Source: a virus
Lineage: Duplodnaviria; Heunggongvirae; Uroviricota; Caudoviricetes
Direction: 5' to 3' (one strand)
DNA: 9,401 nt
IMG/VR virus record: IMGVR_UViG_2537561618_000016
Location: 1 to 9,401 of that record
Within the stretch, counting starts at the first letter, position 1; the number at the start of each line of letters is the position of its first letter. A program made the position numbers and the translations under genes. Shown here piece after piece: positions 1 to 7,829 of the stretch. The notes under the pieces were generated by a model. That model saw only the letters and a list, made by a program, of their open reading frames with translations, ran no database searches and had not been told where the DNA came from.

Positions 1-554
1 TCAAACGCCCCGAATTGAAGCCAAATCATCCAGACCGCTCGGCTCCTCTTTCATTTCACGCTGACGGCGATAAATCTCGTCGTTGCGATCGACCTGCGCC
101 TGCACCATTGCTGCCGCCAGTTCTTCCAGTTCCGGCATCGACAGTTTCACCTGCTGATTATCGGCATCGCTCCACGCCATATGTGTTTGTGCTGTGACAG
201 ATTTTGCCAGCATGACTACCGGGGACAGGCGGCCCAGTGAGTCGGGGCCAGCATTCCAGATACGACCGTTCCATTCAAACGTGAACGGCTTCGCCTCCTG
301 TTCTGCGCGCCATGCTTCAATTTCCTGACGTCTGGCCTCTCTGGCCGCTTCCAGCATTTCTGGTGTCACAGTGAATGGGGCTATCTCACCCCATTTGCCA
401 CTTTGCAGTTCCTGCCAGATTTGCTGACCCGTCGGTGCGACATCATCAGCGGTGGCTGTGTAGGGGACTGCCTGGTCCCTGTCGTCAAAAAAACGTCACA
501 GTCTACTGCGCCACTTTCGGTATAACGGGGATTAATGATTTTTTTAATTTCCAC
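1..554 (-). pseudogene. Putative tail fibre assembly/chaperone protein of the second fibre cassette (DUF4376-like C-terminal domain), frameshifted as sequenced: N-terminal segment 497-554, C-terminal segment 1-495
   Basis: Minus-strand ORF 1-369 extends open to 495 in the same frame, with stop at 1-3. Its sequence (FEWNGRIWNAGPDS...WSDADNQQVKLSMPELEELAAAMVQAQ) fits the DUF4376 pattern seen in phage tail fibre assembly proteins. An upstream ORF in another frame (...TVEIKKIINPRYTESGAVDCDVF) joins it across a 7-A run at 487-493; one extra base would give a continuous ~184 aa protein. A GAGGA Shine-Dalgarno (562-566) sits 7 nt before a GTG at 554. It lies directly downstream of a tail fibre gene. 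Confidence 0.55.
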
Positions 555-561
555 GGTGCAT

Positions 562-566
562 TCCTC
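562..566 (-). promoter_or_regulatory. Shine-Dalgarno (GAGGA) for the second chaperone gene, 7 nt upstream of GTG start at 554
   Basis: Plus-strand tcctc at 562-566 is GAGGA on the coding strand, followed by a 7-nt spacer and GTG. Confidence 0.4.
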
Positions 567-692
567 ACGATGTGCGAATAAAAAGCCCGGGCATTGCGCC
601 AGAGACATGTGCATCCGGCACCCCGGACAGGGCGCAATATGACCCCGGTAATGAATGCTCTGAACATCCCGTAATGAAAAATTGTGGGGATA

Positions 693-1979
693 CTATATAC
701 GTTCCGGTGGGAGTACTGGGCACTGAAATCCCCACCGGTCCCAGTCGTGAGCCTCTGTATGACTGCCCCCTGACAAGTCTGATGACTTTATCACCGTCAG
801 CTTCTCCTGGTACGCAGCAATAATCAGCCCGCCAATGTCAGGGTCTCCCCATCTGTTGCGGACAGAGCTCGCCACGATTCTGTAAATAATATCTTCTGTG
901 GTTATATTTATTTTCACCCAGCCAGTCAGTCTGGATATGGGCCAGTAGCAGTAGCGGGTGTGATAAATGGGGCCGTTAATGCCGTAAAAAGTAAGGGATT
1001 TGGCTCTGTACCGCGGTTCTGTTGTCTCAGGGCGTGCATCAGTCCACCGGATGCTGAGCACCCCTTCAAACCGTGTGTCGGGTATGATGATGCCGTAAGG
1101 GCCAGCAACGGAATATTCACCTGGCAGCGCATTCCTTACCCAGGCCAGGAAATCACTCTTAGTGTCAAAACGGATAACATCTTCAGGCAGAAAAGCACAC
1201 CCAAAGCCGAATGCGCCGGGTATCGCCAGACGGCCTTTTGTCCGGTCGTAAATGTCGCTCTGTGCTTCCATCGTGGCCGCACTTTTCAGCCCCAGATTAT
1301 CCCGGGACTTCTGTTGTGCCTTTTCGCCTGCTGCTGCGATTTCAGACAGATGGTTAGCCGTTTTCAGAGTGCCGGTCAGCGCAGCATCAATGTCATTTTT
1401 GGCCTGCTCTGCTGCGCGGGCATAACCTGCGGCATCCTGTGCGCTCTGTCCGGCTGCGGCTGCATTTGCTCCTGTGCTTGTCACATCTTCCGCAGTGGCC
1501 TTTCTGTCCTCAGCTGTGACGGTTGCATCCTGTCGGGCTTTCTCCGCAAAACGTTGTGCATCATCACGGGCCGTTGCGGCTGCCGCCACATCCTGCGCCG
1601 TCTGCTGTGCGTTTCCGGCTGCGGCCCCGGCGCTCTGCTGCGCCTGCGCCACCATTTCCTCAAAGCGTTTGACGACATCCGGTTTCAGGTCGCCCTCATC
1701 AGGAGCAATCAGAAAGTCATTCAGCGTGCCGGGCTTTGAGTCCTCATATACAGCAATGTCGCCAACGTTGTACTCGTTGCGCCAGTCCTGTTTCAGATAC
1801 ACACCATATTTTCCAGTCCGCGCATGGAAACAGTATTCACCATCGTTTCCTGTCATCACATCAGCAACAGTGTTCATCACCACTTCCGGGGTGTTTACCC
1901 GGGATTTCAGAATAATATGGTATCCGGACATGGGGATACCTGCGCCATCAGTCAGCGCACCTGATATCACTACAGACAT
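693..1979 (-). CDS. Tail fibre protein (428 aa) with lambda Stf-like N-terminal anchor domain and Ala/Gln-rich shaft
   Basis: The N-terminus MSVVISGALTDGAG...VYEDSKPGTLNDFL closely follows the conserved N-terminus of lambda Stf and lambdoid prophage side tail fibres (MAVKISGVLKDG...TVYEDSQPGTLNDFL, from memory), followed by a low-complexity Ala-rich region. ATG at 1979 lies 23 nt after the upstream chaperone stop; stop TAG at 693-695. Confidence 0.8.
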   Translation of the reverse strand: MSVVISGALTDGAGIPMSGYHIILKSRVNTPEVVMNTVADVMTGNDGEYCFHARTGKYGVYLKQDWRNEYNVGDIAVYEDSKPGTLNDFLIAPDEGDLKPDVVKRFEEMVAQAQQSAGAAAGNAQQTAQDVAAAATARDDAQRFAEKARQDATVTAEDRKATAEDVTSTGANAAAAGQSAQDAAGYARAAEQAKNDIDAALTGTLKTANHLSEIAAAGEKAQQKSRDNLGLKSAATMEAQSDIYDRTKGRLAIPGAFGFGCAFLPEDVIRFDTKSDFLAWVRNALPGEYSVAGPYGIIIPDTRFEGVLSIRWTDARPETTEPRYRAKSLTFYGINGPIYHTRYCYWPISRLTGWVKINITTEDIIYRIVASSVRNRWGDPDIGGLIIAAYQEKLTVIKSSDLSGGSHTEAHDWDRWGFQCPVLPPERI

Positions 1980-2002
1980 TGTTTTTCTCGCGATAAATTA
2001 AA

Positions 2003-2547
2003 TCAGGAAGAACCTTCCGGAGAGGCGGGCCATTCAATGGCGTTGTATGAGGATTTATCAGTGATGGTGCTGAAATCCATCGCCTGCAGCGATTTCGCGT
2101 AAATACGACAGGCTTTCAGCTTTTCTTTATCTTCGTCGCTGATTAACCCCAGCAGCAGGTCTTCTTCCCATTCCCCTGTCCGGGCACTGACCTGAGCCAG
2201 AAGGGCATCACGCTCATCTTCCGCTTTGAGTCTGTAGTCAAAGACAAATTCATCATTGCGGTAAAACCAGTAACCCGGCGCGGTAATCCGTCGGTTAGTG
2301 GTAATATCCGGAACTTCGATAACGCTGGCATTGCGTGGCTCGATGCCTGTCACATCCTTACCGACCCACACCACGCGACCATCTCCGGTGTAAGCTATTT
2401 TTATTGTGTCGCTGGCGAAATTCTTCAGCTCTTCATACCAGTTTTTCCGTCTTCTGAAAAAAGCCAGGTGACCGAATATCGTTTTGTCATCTGATATTGT
2501 TCTGCTGTTTTCGGATTACCCGCAGTAATATTTTTTAAATGCAACAT
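2003..2547 (-). pseudogene. Tail fibre assembly protein (lambda Tfa / e14 TfaE family), frameshifted as sequenced at a 5-T run (plus 2442-2446)
   Basis: ATG at 2547-2545 encodes [35 protein letters not shown], matching the canonical Tfa N-terminus ([19 protein letters not shown]...YTEDGKNWYEE). After the A5 run the Tfa sequence continues in the -1 frame (NWYEELKNF...SVIEVPDITTNRR...ISDEDKEKLKACRIYAKSL...IEWPASPE) to the stop at 2003-2005. One extra A restores a ~181 aa protein. The start is 2 nt after the fibre stop, suggesting translational coupling. Confidence 0.85.
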
Positions 2548-3035
2548 TGTTAAATACTCGCTACGTTATACCAGGTGCCATTAATCAGTTTTTGCAGTGG
2601 TCGGTAATACACACCGTCAACGTTATCCGCTGAGTTACGGCCGGTATCCGATATCGCCATCCCTGACAGCCCGTGTCCCGAAGGTGCGCAAAATCTCCAC
2701 GAAACGGTGTTACTGCCGGGGCTGTAATACATTTCATGGCCATACCGTACATCCTGTACCCCCTCTGTTCGATATTTATAGCGGGCATCGAAGTTTCCGT
2801 AATTTAACGGAATTACCTGTCCGTTAACAGTGAACACTATGCTGTTATCCGGGTTTCTCTGGCTGAAAAAATGCCAGCCTGAATCATCACCAAGCTCTGC
2901 AACAACAGGCCTGGATGGATTACCCCACAAATAAAACGCTGCATTTTTCGTGGAGTTGTTGGCGCTGGATAACGTGAATTTTCTGGCAGTTCCGGCCTGA
3001 ATATTCTTAAAAGCAATAGCCACTCCATTCTGAAA

Positions 3036-3040
3036 GCGGA
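3036..3040. repeat. IS2 target site duplication, left copy (GCGGA)
   Basis: Identical 5-mer gcgga immediately flanks both IS2 ends (3036-3040 and 4372-4376); IS2 makes 5-bp duplications. Confidence 0.85.
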
Positions 3041-3081
3041 TAGACTGGCCCCCTGAATCTCCAGACAACCAGTATCACTTA
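3041..3081. repeat. IS2 left terminal inverted repeat (approx. 41 bp, imperfect)
   Basis: Aligned by eye against the reverse complement of 4331-4371; shared TCCAGACA and TATCACTTA blocks with one gap. Confidence 0.7.
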
Positions 3082-3131
3082 TTTAAGTGATAGTCTTAAT
3101 ACTAGTTTTTAGACTAGTCATTGGAGAACAG

Positions 3132-3497
3132 ATGATTGATGTCTTAGGGCCGGAGAAACGCAGACGGCGTACCACACAGGAAAAGATCGCAATTGTTCAG
3201 CAGAGCTTTGAACCGGGGATGACGGTCTCCCTCGTTGCCCGGCAACATGGTGTAGCAGCCAGCCAGTTATTTCTCTGGCGTAAGCAATACCAGGAAGGAA
3301 GTCTTACTGCTGTGGCCGCCGGAGAACAGGTTGTTCCTGCCTCTGAACTTGCTGCCGCCATGAAGCAGATTAAAGAACTCCAGCGCCTGCTCGGCAAGAA
3401 AACGATGGAAAATGAACTCCTCAAAGAAGCCGTTGAATATGGACGGGCAAAAAAGTGGATAGCGCACGCGCCCTTATTGCCCGGGGATGGGGAGTAA
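3132..3497 (+). CDS. insC: IS2 transposase OrfA (InsC), 121 aa
   Basis: [56 protein letters not shown]... matches IS2 InsC. GGAGA Shine-Dalgarno at 3123-3127 precedes ATG 3132; the ORF-track start at 3087 is an upstream extension. Confidence 0.9.
3449..3455 (+). other. IS2 programmed -1 ribosomal frameshift heptamer A AAA AAG (makes the InsCD fusion transposase)
   Basis: The heptamer is in the insC zero frame (gca aaa aag tgg); the insD frame is -1 and open from this point. Confidence 0.8.
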
Positions 3498-4360
3498 GCT
3501 TAGTCAGCCGTTGTCTCCGGGTGTCGCGTGCGCAGTTGCACGTCATTCTCAGACGAACCGATGACTGGATGGATGGCCGCCGCAGTCGTCACACTGATGA
3601 TACGGATGTGCTTCTCCGTATACACCATGTTATCGGAGAGCTGCCCACGTATGGTTATCGTCGGGTATGGGCGCTGCTTCGCAGACAGGCAGAACTTGAT
3701 GGTATGCCTGCGATCAATGCCAAACGTGTTTACCGGCTCATGCGCCAGAATGCGCTGTTGCTTGAGCGAAAACCTGCTGTACCGCCATCGAAACGGGCAC
3801 ATACAGGCAGAGTGGCCGTGAAAGAAAGCAATCAGCGATGGTGCTCTGACGGGTTCGAGTTCTGCTGTGATAACGGAGAGAGACTGCGTGTCACGTTCGC
3901 GCTGGACTGCTGTGATCGTGAGGCACTGCACTGGGCGGTGACTACCGGCGGCTTCAACAGTGAAACAGTACAGGACGTCATGCTGGGAGCGGTGGAACGC
4001 CGCTTCGGCAACGATCTTCCGTCGTCTCCAGTGGAGTGGCTGACGGATAATGGTTCATGCTACCGGGCTAATGAAACACGCCAGTTCGCCCGGATGTTGG
4101 GACTTGAACCGAAGAACACGGCGGTGCGGAGTCCGGAGAGTAACGGAATAGCAGAGAGCTTCGTGAAAACGATAAAGCGTGACTACATCAGTATCATGCC
4201 CAAACCAGACGGGTTAACGGCAGCAAAGAACCTTGCAGAGGCGTTCGAGCATTATAACGAATGGCATCCGCATAGTGCGCTGGGTTATCGCTCGCCACGG
4301 GAATATCTGCGGCAGCGGGCTTGTAATGGGTTAAGTGATAACAGATGTCTGGAAATATAG
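3455..4360 (+). CDS. insD: IS2 transposase OrfB (InsD), DDE catalytic domain, 301 aa; expressed as InsCD fusion by -1 frameshift
   Basis: The 301-aa ORF in the -1 frame relative to insC matches IS2 InsD (...[42 protein letters not shown]...). Confidence 0.9.
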
Positions 4361-4371
4361 GGGCAAATCCA
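4331..4371. repeat. IS2 right terminal inverted repeat (approx. 41 bp, imperfect)
   Basis: The reverse complement TGGATTTGCCCCTATATTTCCAGACATCTGTTATCACTTA aligns with the left end. Confidence 0.7.
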
Positions 4372-4376
4372 GCGGA
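4372..4376. repeat. IS2 target site duplication, right copy (GCGGA)
   Basis: See the left copy at 3036-3040. Confidence 0.85.
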
Positions 4377-5257
4377 ATACACGCTGACTATTAGCATAAA
4401 CATCCAGAATACCGTCTCCATTCTGTTTAAATCCGGTGTCATTATCACCAAGAACAATTGAATTCCCCCCCAGGGCGTTCTGAACGCCGATACCCAGCGC
4501 ACCATTGACCTGCGAACCACCGCCAACAGACACTTTATGCGACATGGATATTTCACCCGTCCGCAAATTAATGGTGAACGGGCGCAGGGGACCAATATCG
4601 CCATTTTCCCCCTGACCTTCACTGGTGGGAATAAGGTGCAGGCACTCTTCCGAACGACGAAAAATCAGGCCAAAAGCTTCGTTGAAAATCCTCAGCGCAT
4701 TAACACCACGGATTTTCAGCTCTCCGGTTATTTTATCGCCTTCCCGATGAACATAGCGTTGATCTGACTGCTCTTTACTGTAAACCTGAAGATTATCCCG
4801 TGCCGTCCCTTTATTCTGAAGGTCTGACAGATTGTTCTTCTGCCGCAGGAATATCCTTTTCGGATCCTCAAGAAGATTTACCCAGCCCGCACTGTCGGAG
4901 CCTTCAGGATCGGTCAGGTTATCGTCCGTGGTATTCAGCCAGACCGCTGTTGTTGCGACTCCGGCGAGAATGGCTCCTTTTGCATATCCACCAATGGCCC
5001 CCGCAAAACCGGCATTATACGTGTACAAACCGCCAGCCTGGGCGAACCGTATTGCTGCGGTAATATCGTACATCAGACCGTTAAAATCCTTGCCGTGTGG
5101 CGGTATACCTCCCGCTGAGACCGCTGTCATGGTCACCGGAGGAAAACCTGAATCATACGCAGCATTACCGCTCTCTCTGGTCTGCTGTGTCGCCTTGTCC
5201 GGGATACGGTTTTTATCTCCGGTACTCGCAAAGGGGACCGCCAGCTGGCGGGGTTTA

Positions 5258-5863
5258 TCACTGGCCTTCATTACGGGACTCCTTTAAAACTACTGAAACA
5301 TAAACACCCGGCGGGGATGGCAGTGCACCCGACGACTGGATAATCGCCAGTTCTGCCAACGAGAGCGCGGACTCAAAGACGTAACTCATCCTCAGCCCGC
5401 CATTATTCAGAACATAAGCCCGGCGTTTTTTTCCGAACATAAATCTCAGCATCAGGTTAATATCCGGAACGGAACAGTCAGTAATGTTCGACATGGCTTT
5501 CATCAGTATCAGCCGCCAGTATACAGCATCAGACAGGTCAACAGTCCGGGTATCCGATTTTCCGTTGTAAAACGGTGCCTGATTAAACGGACAGGGATCA
5601 TCCATTACCGGGGTGTCCATCCTGGACTCGCTGAAGCCCAGGTAATTAAAATCGTCCTTTACCGTCAGCCAGCAACTGACACCCACAATCTTTCCCCAGA
5701 CATCAAGACCATACTTTTCTGCGGTATCGATGTTCCAGATAAGACCATAAAAATCACTGATAAAACTGTCGGGGGAAAGCGCTGCGTTAAAGCTGTTAAT
5801 GAGGGCATTGAGTCGGGGGCTGGCAGCATACTGCGCAAGCACAGTGGCAGCCACATTCTGCAC
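5258..5863 (-). CDS. Phage tail/baseplate-associated protein in the gpI (P2) / gp48 (Mu) / YmfQ (e14) position, 201 aa
   Basis: Intact ORF with GTG start at 5863 preceded by a GGAGG Shine-Dalgarno (5871-5875), 1 nt after the upstream stop. Its 3' end overlaps the fibre start by 14 nt. It sits between a J-like gene and the tail fibre, as in the P2 J-I-H-G and Mu gp47-gp48-S-U order. The family assignment is by synteny and size, not a confident sequence match. Confidence 0.6.
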   Translation of the reverse strand: MQNVAATVLAQYAASPRLNALINSFNAALSPDSFISDFYGLIWNIDTAEKYGLDVWGKIVGVSCWLTVKDDFNYLGFSESRMDTPVMDDPCPFNQAPFYNGKSDTRTVDLSDAVYWRLILMKAMSNITDCSVPDINLMLRFMFGKKRRAYVLNNGGLRMSYVFESALSLAELAIIQSSGALPSPPGVYVSVVLKESRNEGQ

Positions 5864-5864
5864 G

Positions 5865-6566
5865 TTATGCCTCCTGGAGTTTCACACTGATATCCGACAC
5901 ATCCAGAACCGGAATCTCATCTATCCCGAAAGTGACAGCCGTTGTCCATGACGAACCATCACGGCTCACAGTAAGGCCCAGAATATCAATATGTTCCGGA
6001 TCGGTTTTGTAAATGCCGGCATAGTAGCGCCCGGCAGAGACAACAGAGGCAACTCTTGCCCGCAGACCACCATCTGTACCATTAAATGCGTCCAGCACGG
6101 ATTGCTGTACCTGTCGGGTAATATCTGAAGGCAGGTAGTCACTTTTTTTCAGCGTCACACTGACATGCAGACTGACGGGTTTGAGTGTCTGCCAGCTGAT
6201 CACGTATTCAGGATACGGCGGATCGTACTCCTTATCTGCAACAGTGAACGTTGTGTTGCCATTCATATCAATACCCGGCGGAGCCTTACGCCAGATGGCC
6301 GCCGCGATATCTGCCGGGCTGCCGCCGTACACGCCAACATAAAGCGAACCGGGTGTTAATGGATACTGACTGACTCCGGCTTTTTGTTCTGTTTTTTTCG
6401 GATTATGGGTGACGTAAACATCCACCACGTTTTCTACCGTGGAGAGTATTTCACCCCGGATGGCTTCCAGAATATTCCGGGCATTACGGGCAACTGAATT
6501 ACGTCGGCGGTTTTCAAAGTCCGCACGGGTTTCCTCATCGCTGCCCGGCACACCGGCACGGGCGTT
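5865..6566 (-). pseudogene. Baseplate assembly protein J-like (P2 gpJ / Mu gp47 position), 5'-truncated at the IS600-like element
   Basis: The reading frame is open from the IS boundary (6566) to the stop at 5865-5867 (233 codons), with no credible start or Shine-Dalgarno. It is immediately upstream of the gpI-like gene. The J-family assignment is by synteny only. Confidence 0.5.
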
Positions 6567-6630
6567 TGAGGTAGCCTGAGTTTAACGGACACTCCTTCCT
6601 GAAATAGAATGGCATCAGAAGGAGCTAATA

Positions 6631-6918
6631 ATGAGCAGAAAAACCCAACGTTACTCTAAAGAGTTCAAAGCCGAAGCTGTCAGAACGGTTCTTGAAAATC
6701 AACTTTCGATCAGTGAAGGCGCTTCCCGATTATCTCTTCCTGAAGGCACTTTAGGACAATGGGTTACCGCCGCCAGAAAAGGGCTCGGTACTCCTGGTTC
6801 CCGCACGGTGGCTGAACTGGAATCTGAAATTCTGCAACTGCGTAAGGCGTTAAATGAAGCTCGCCTTGAGCGAGATATATTAAAAAAGCAACAGCGTATT
6901 TTGCACAGGAGTCACTGA
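6631..6918 (+). CDS. IS600-like transposase OrfA (HTH DNA-binding), 95 aa as sequenced
   Basis: MSRKTQRYSKEFKAEAVRTVLENQLSISEGASRLSLPEGTLGQWV...LERDILKK is an IS3-family OrfA. The C-terminal tail KQQRILHRSH looks aberrant; the -1 frame gives the expected ATAYFAQESLKNTR ending. Confidence 0.85.
   Translation: MSRKTQRYSKEFKAEAVRTVLENQLSISEGASRLSLPEGTLGQWVTAARKGLGTPGSRTVAELESEILQLRKALNEARLERDILKKQQRILHRSH
6882..6888 (+). other. A AAA AAG slippery heptamer of IS600-like orfA (A6 tract); orfB frame opens here but is +1, not -1, to orfA
   Basis: Codons tta aaa aag are in the orfA frame; the orfB frame (KSNSVFCTGVTEKYALIEQWRQQFPIEVMCQVF...) is open from 6884. Confidence 0.6.
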
Positions 6919-6964
6919 AAAATACGCGTTAATCGAACAATGGCGACAACAATTTCCCATTGAA

Positions 6965-7786
6965 GTGATGTGTCAGGTATTTGGTGTATCCAGGAGCGGT
7001 TATTACAACTGGGTACAGCATGAACCCTCAGACAGAAAACAAAGTGATGAGCGGCTAAAACTGGAGATTAAGGTGGCACATATCCGCACTCGCGAAACAT
7101 ATGGAACCCGGCGGCTCCAGACGGAGCTGGCAGAGAATGGCATCATCGTTGGTCGTGACCGACTGGCACGTCTTCGTAAGGAGCTGAGGCTACGCTGTAA
7201 GCAGAAACGCAAGTTCAGAGCGACTACGAACCCGAACCACAATCTGCCAGTTGCGCCAAATCTGCTGAACCAGACGTTCGCTCCTACAGCACCAAATCAA
7301 GTCTGGGTGGCGGACCTGACGTATGTTGCCACACAGGAAGGATGGTTGTACCTCGCTGGCATCAAAGATGTTTATACGTGCGAAATTGTCGGCTACGCCA
7401 TGGGAGAGCGCATGACAAAAGAGCTGACAGGTAAAGCCCTGTTTATGGCGCTCAGGAGCCAGCGCCCACCTGCCGGGCTAATCCACCACTCTGATCGAGG
7501 TTCACAGTACTGCGCATACGATTACCGGGTCATACAGGAGCAGTTTGGTCTGAAAACATCAATGTCGCGTAAAGGTAACTGTTACGACAACGCTCCGATG
7601 GAAAGCTTCTGGGGAACGCTGAAAAATGAGAGCCTGAGCCACTATCGTTTTAATAACCGGGATGAAGCCATCTCAGTAATACGGGAATACATTGAGATTT
7701 TCTACAATCGTCAGCGTCGTCACTCTCGTCTGGGGAATATCTCCCCGGCAGCCTTCAGGGAAAAACATCATCAGATGGCTGCTTAA
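6965..7786 (+). CDS. IS600-like transposase OrfB (DDE integrase-type catalytic domain), 273 aa from the first in-frame start; frame open from 6884
   Basis: IS3-family OrfB hallmarks: SRSGYYNW, WVADLTY, HSDRGSQY, NAPMESFWGTLK, YNRQRRHS. Confidence 0.85.
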   Translation: MMCQVFGVSRSGYYNWVQHEPSDRKQSDERLKLEIKVAHIRTRETYGTRRLQTELAENGIIVGRDRLARLRKELRLRCKQKRKFRATTNPNHNLPVAPNLLNQTFAPTAPNQVWVADLTYVATQEGWLYLAGIKDVYTCEIVGYAMGERMTKELTGKALFMALRSQRPPAGLIHHSDRGSQYCAYDYRVIQEQFGLKTSMSRKGNCYDNAPMESFWGTLKNESLSHYRFNNRDEAISVIREYIEIFYNRQRRHSRLGNISPAAFREKHHQMAA

Positions 7787-7829
7787 AAAAAGAACAAATG
7801 GTAGTGTCCGCTATTGCCAGTACACCTCA

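Larger units (their letters stand above)
3041..4371 (+). mobile_element. IS2 insertion sequence (IS3 family), complete, 1331 bp
   Basis: Ends TAGACTGGCCCCCTGAATCTCCAGACAACC... and ...GGAAATATAGGGGCAAATCCA with ~41-bp imperfect terminal inverted repeats. Contains InsC and InsD with an A AAA AAG frameshift site. The length is exactly 1331 bp and the element is flanked by a 5-bp direct repeat. Confidence 0.95.
2550..5271 (-). pseudogene. Tail fibre protein (P2 H / Mu S-like) interrupted by IS2; 5' segment 4372-5271, 3' segment 2550-3040
   Basis: ATG at 5271 with AAGGAG Shine-Dalgarno (5279-5284). The N-terminal 300 aa run to the IS2 right end; the ORF then reads into IS2 and ends at 4285. The 3' segment (RFQNGVAIAFKNIQAG...[11 protein letters not shown]) is a typical fibre tip region. 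The two segments are in frame across the 5-bp target duplication and reconstruct a 461-aa protein (...[17 protein letters not shown]...). Confidence 0.85.
6567..7829 (+). mobile_element. IS3-family insertion sequence, IS600-like, ~1263 bp as sequenced
   Basis: Termini TGAGGTAGCC...GGACACTCC (left) and ...GGAGTGTCCGCTATTGCCAGTACACCTCA (right) form ~27-35 bp imperfect inverted repeats with TG...CA ends. Contains orfA (HTH) and orfB (DDE transposase, ...GYYNWV...HSDRGSQY...NAPMESFW...). The OrfA sequence matches my recollection of IS600. Boundaries are +/- 2 bp. Confidence 0.85.

Noticed and set aside
381-614. ATG at 614 (MHMSLAQ...) as the start of the second chaperone gene
   Set aside because: No Shine-Dalgarno; the GTG at 554 has a well-spaced GAGGA. 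The frame is open from the upstream fibre stop, so the ORF-track start is just the first ATG.
1290-1660. GC-rich repetitive stretch (gctgcggc-type motifs) that could be mistaken for a repeat array or CRISPR
   Set aside because: It is irregular, entirely inside the fibre coding frame, and encodes the Ala-rich shaft typical of Stf-like fibres. There is no repeat-spacer periodicity.
960-2001. Long plus-strand ORFs (960-1739, 259 aa; 1474-2001, 175 aa), Cys- and Ala-rich
   Set aside because: They are antisense to the second tail fibre gene; the odd composition is the mirror image of its GC-rich Ala/Gln-coding shaft. No start or Shine-Dalgarno context and no homology.
2519-3035. Diversity-generating retroelement targeting the fibre C-terminal region
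   Set aside because: No reverse transcriptase gene and no template/variable repeat pair visible in the window.
3087-3131. Upstream extension of insC (ORF-track start at 3087, [15 protein letters not shown]...)
   Set aside because: The extension lies within the IS2 left end with no Shine-Dalgarno, whereas ATG 3132 has a GGAGA Shine-Dalgarno and gives the canonical 121-aa InsC.
1-5271. Invertible host-range segment (Mu G / P1 C / e14 P type) with gix/cix-like crossover sites
   Set aside because: Both fibre-chaperone cassettes are co-directional, no serine invertase gene is in the window, and I found no convincing 26-bp hix/gix-like dyad at the fibre constant-variable junction. An invertase beyond position 1 cannot be excluded.
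4194-5303. Various ORFs inside IS2 and the fibre gene (4194-4622 minus, 4537-4767 plus, 4800-5063, 4832-5287, 5097-5303 plus)
   Set aside because: Alternative-frame or antisense ORFs nested in well-supported genes; no independent evidence.
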